Of a stretch of 64,000 nt of DNA, positions 62,466-64,000 are shown in pieces. The notes beneath the pieces were generated by a model. The model was not told where the DNA came from. It ran no database searches and was given only the letters and a program-made list of their open reading frames with translations. A program made the translations under genes and the position numbers. The DNA comes from an uncultured Candidatus Saccharibacteria bacterium. GTDB lineage: Bacteria > Patescibacteriota > Minisyncoccia > Phycocordibacterales > Phycocordibacteraceae. The stretch covers positions 18,994 through 82,993 of the forward strand of contig CAZJKG010000004.1 in assembly GCA_964546795.1 (NCBI GenBank), in the 5' to 3' direction. Each line of letters starts with the position of its first letter. Positions within the stretch are counted from its first letter, which is position 1.

Positions 62466-63902
62466 TTATCGAGTATTCTCGACGACTTGCCCAATAGTAA
62501 AGAGTACTTCCTCTGCTTGATGTGGCGCGGTGAAATGGATGCCGACTGGCAACTGCTTCCCGTCCCGTTCCACAAAACCCATCGGAATGGAAAGAGCCGG
62601 CATGCCGGTAAGATTTGCAGTAATAGTAAAGATGTCTCCCAAATACATAGAGAGCGGATCGCTCATCTCTCCGAATTTGAACGCCGGGGATGGTGTCGTT
62701 GGAAAAGCGATAACATCGGCTTTCTCAAAAGCCGATATATATTCCTGGCGGAGCACCGAACGCGCCGCGTCCGCCTTGCGGTAATAGGCATCGATATAGC
62801 CGGAAGAGAGCACGAATGTACCGAGCAGGATGCGGCGGCGCGTCTCCTCCCCGAATCCCTCCGTCCGTGAATTGACGTAATCATCAAGCAATGTCTCACC
62901 GTGAGCGGCGAGCCCATAACGCATGCCGTCAAACCGTGCGAGATTGGTCGAGGCCTCGGCAGGCATGATGACATAATATGCCGCGAGCGCGTGGCCACTC
63001 GTCGGGAGCATAACGTCAACGAGCGTATGTCCTGCATGCACCAGCGAATCGAGTGTTGTGTTGAATGCGGCAAGAACATCTTCATCAACGCCTTCATTCA
63101 GGAGATGGCGCGGAACGCCGATGCGCATGTTTTTCGGAATCTTTTGCGCAGGATAGAGGTCGTCGGAAATAGTTGTGGCATCCAGAACGTCTTTCCCGCG
63201 AATTGCTTCGTAGAGAATGTGTGCGTCTTCAATCGTCTTGGTCAAAGGACCGATCTGATCGAGGGATGAACCAAGCGCGATGGCACCCGAGCGCGAGACG
63301 GCACCATAGGTCGGTTTGAATCCTACAAGGCCGGTCAACGCGGAGGGCTGGCGAATGGAACCACCGGTGTCGGTACCGAGTGCGGCGATAGCGAGATGAG
63401 CGGCGACAGCGGCGGCGGAGCCGCCGGAGGAGCCGCCGGGCACGCGAGAGGTATCGTGCGGATTCTTCGCCGGACCGAACGCCGAGTGTTCGGTTGAGGA
63501 ACCCATTGCAAATTCGTCCATATTGGTGCGTCCGAGGAAAAGCGCGCCGACCTCTTTCAATCTTTTCACGACCGTCGCATCATAGGTCGCCCGATAGTTT
63601 TCTAATATTTTTGACCCGGCGCTCGCAATCTTTCCTTCTATCAAAATATTGTCTTTGATCGCGAGCGGAATACCGCAGAGGAACGACATATCGTTTGCAT
63701 CAATGCGCTTCTGCGCGGCGGCGATCGCAGCATCGTCAGCATCAAAAATTTCGAGGAAGGCGTTCAATTCCGGATTCTTCGCGTGCGCCGCAGCGGCGCA
63801 CGCGTCCCAGAGTTCACGCACCGTAACGCGCGCCTGCCTGCCGGCAGGCAGGCGAAGTGCGCGCGCTGCCTCAGTTATCGTCATTTCATTTGGTTTTTTC
63901 AT
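62466..63902 (-). CDS. gatA: Asp/Glu-tRNA amidotransferase subunit A
   Basis: IKDNI, TNMDEFAMGSS, GGSSGGSAA, GTDTGGSIRQP, RRRILLG. Confidence 0.97.
   Translation of the reverse strand: MKKPNEMTITEAARALRLPAGRQARVTVRELWDACAAAAHAKNPELNAFLEIFDADDAAIAAAQKRIDANDMSFLCGIPLAIKDNILIEGKIASAGSKILENYRATYDATVVKRLKEVGALFLGRTNMDEFAMGSSTEHSAFGPAKNPHDTSRVPGGSSGGSAAAVAAHLAIAALGTDTGGSIRQPSALTGLVGFKPTYGAVSRSGAIALGSSLDQIGPLTKTIEDAHILYEAIRGKDVLDATTISDDLYPAQKIPKNMRIGVPRHLLNEGVDEDVLAAFNTTLDSLVHAGHTLVDVMLPTSGHALAAYYVIMPAEASTNLARFDGMRYGLAAHGETLLDDYVNSRTEGFGEETRRRILLGTFVLSSGYIDAYYRKADAARSVLRQEYISAFEKADVIAFPTTPSPAFKFGEMSDPLSMYLGDIFTITANLTGMPALSIPMGFVERDGKQLPVGIHFTAPHQAEEVLFTIGQVVENTR
63833..63852. repeat. CCTGCCTGCCGGCAGGCAGG palindrome inside gatA
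   Basis: Identical to 4081-4100; encodes LPAGRQ in the GatA N-terminus. Confidence 0.9.
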
Positions 63903-63908
63903 AGGCAA

Positions 63909-63981
63909 GTCCGCAATACAAAAATCGGTAGTAGGACTTGGCCTAGCGGCCCGGAGCGCGACCGATTTTTGTATTGCGGAC
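63909..63981. repeat. Perfect 21-bp inverted repeat upstream of gatA
   Basis: GTCCGCAATACAAAAATCGGT...ACCGATTTTTGTATTGCGGAC with a 31-nt interior. Confidence 0.75.
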
Positions 63982-64000
63982 GCAACCGTATATCGTACTT

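Overview
Chromosomal segment of a small-genome bacterium, most likely Patescibacteria/CPR (Parcubacteria-like). This is inferred from tRNA-Ile(UAU), a shortened RF2, cohesin/dockerin surface proteins, a CPR-style DGR target and pervasive leaderless gene starts. Core genes (htpX, lemA, malic enzyme, recG, ftsH, smpB/ssrA, pyrF/pyrE, typA, pyrG, ftsEX, prfB, gatA) are mixed with many small accessory elements. There are 8 standard tRNA genes, two of them split by group I introns (Thr-GGT, fMet-CAT), and each of those two lies next to a free-standing HTH + LAGLIDADG-like gene. Small GIY-YIG/HNH nucleases sit at tRNA genes, and one comes with a duplicated tRNA-Ser 5' end. Also present: a decayed diversity-generating retroelement (mutated target VR plus RT C-terminal stub), two hicBA loci, a 4691-aa repetitive surface protein, and several palindrome families, some inserted in-frame in recG and gatA. 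Two loci are the strongest candidates for undescribed systems. (i) A tmRNA-adjacent islet carries an unrecognised, highly structured RNA, a Leu-type tRNA body with a Thr (UGU) anticodon, and a convergent BECR-like nuclease gene. (ii) A PaaX/Cas2-like gene is bracketed by three copies of a 36-bp palindrome. All calls were made by eye from the sequence; no database searches were run.
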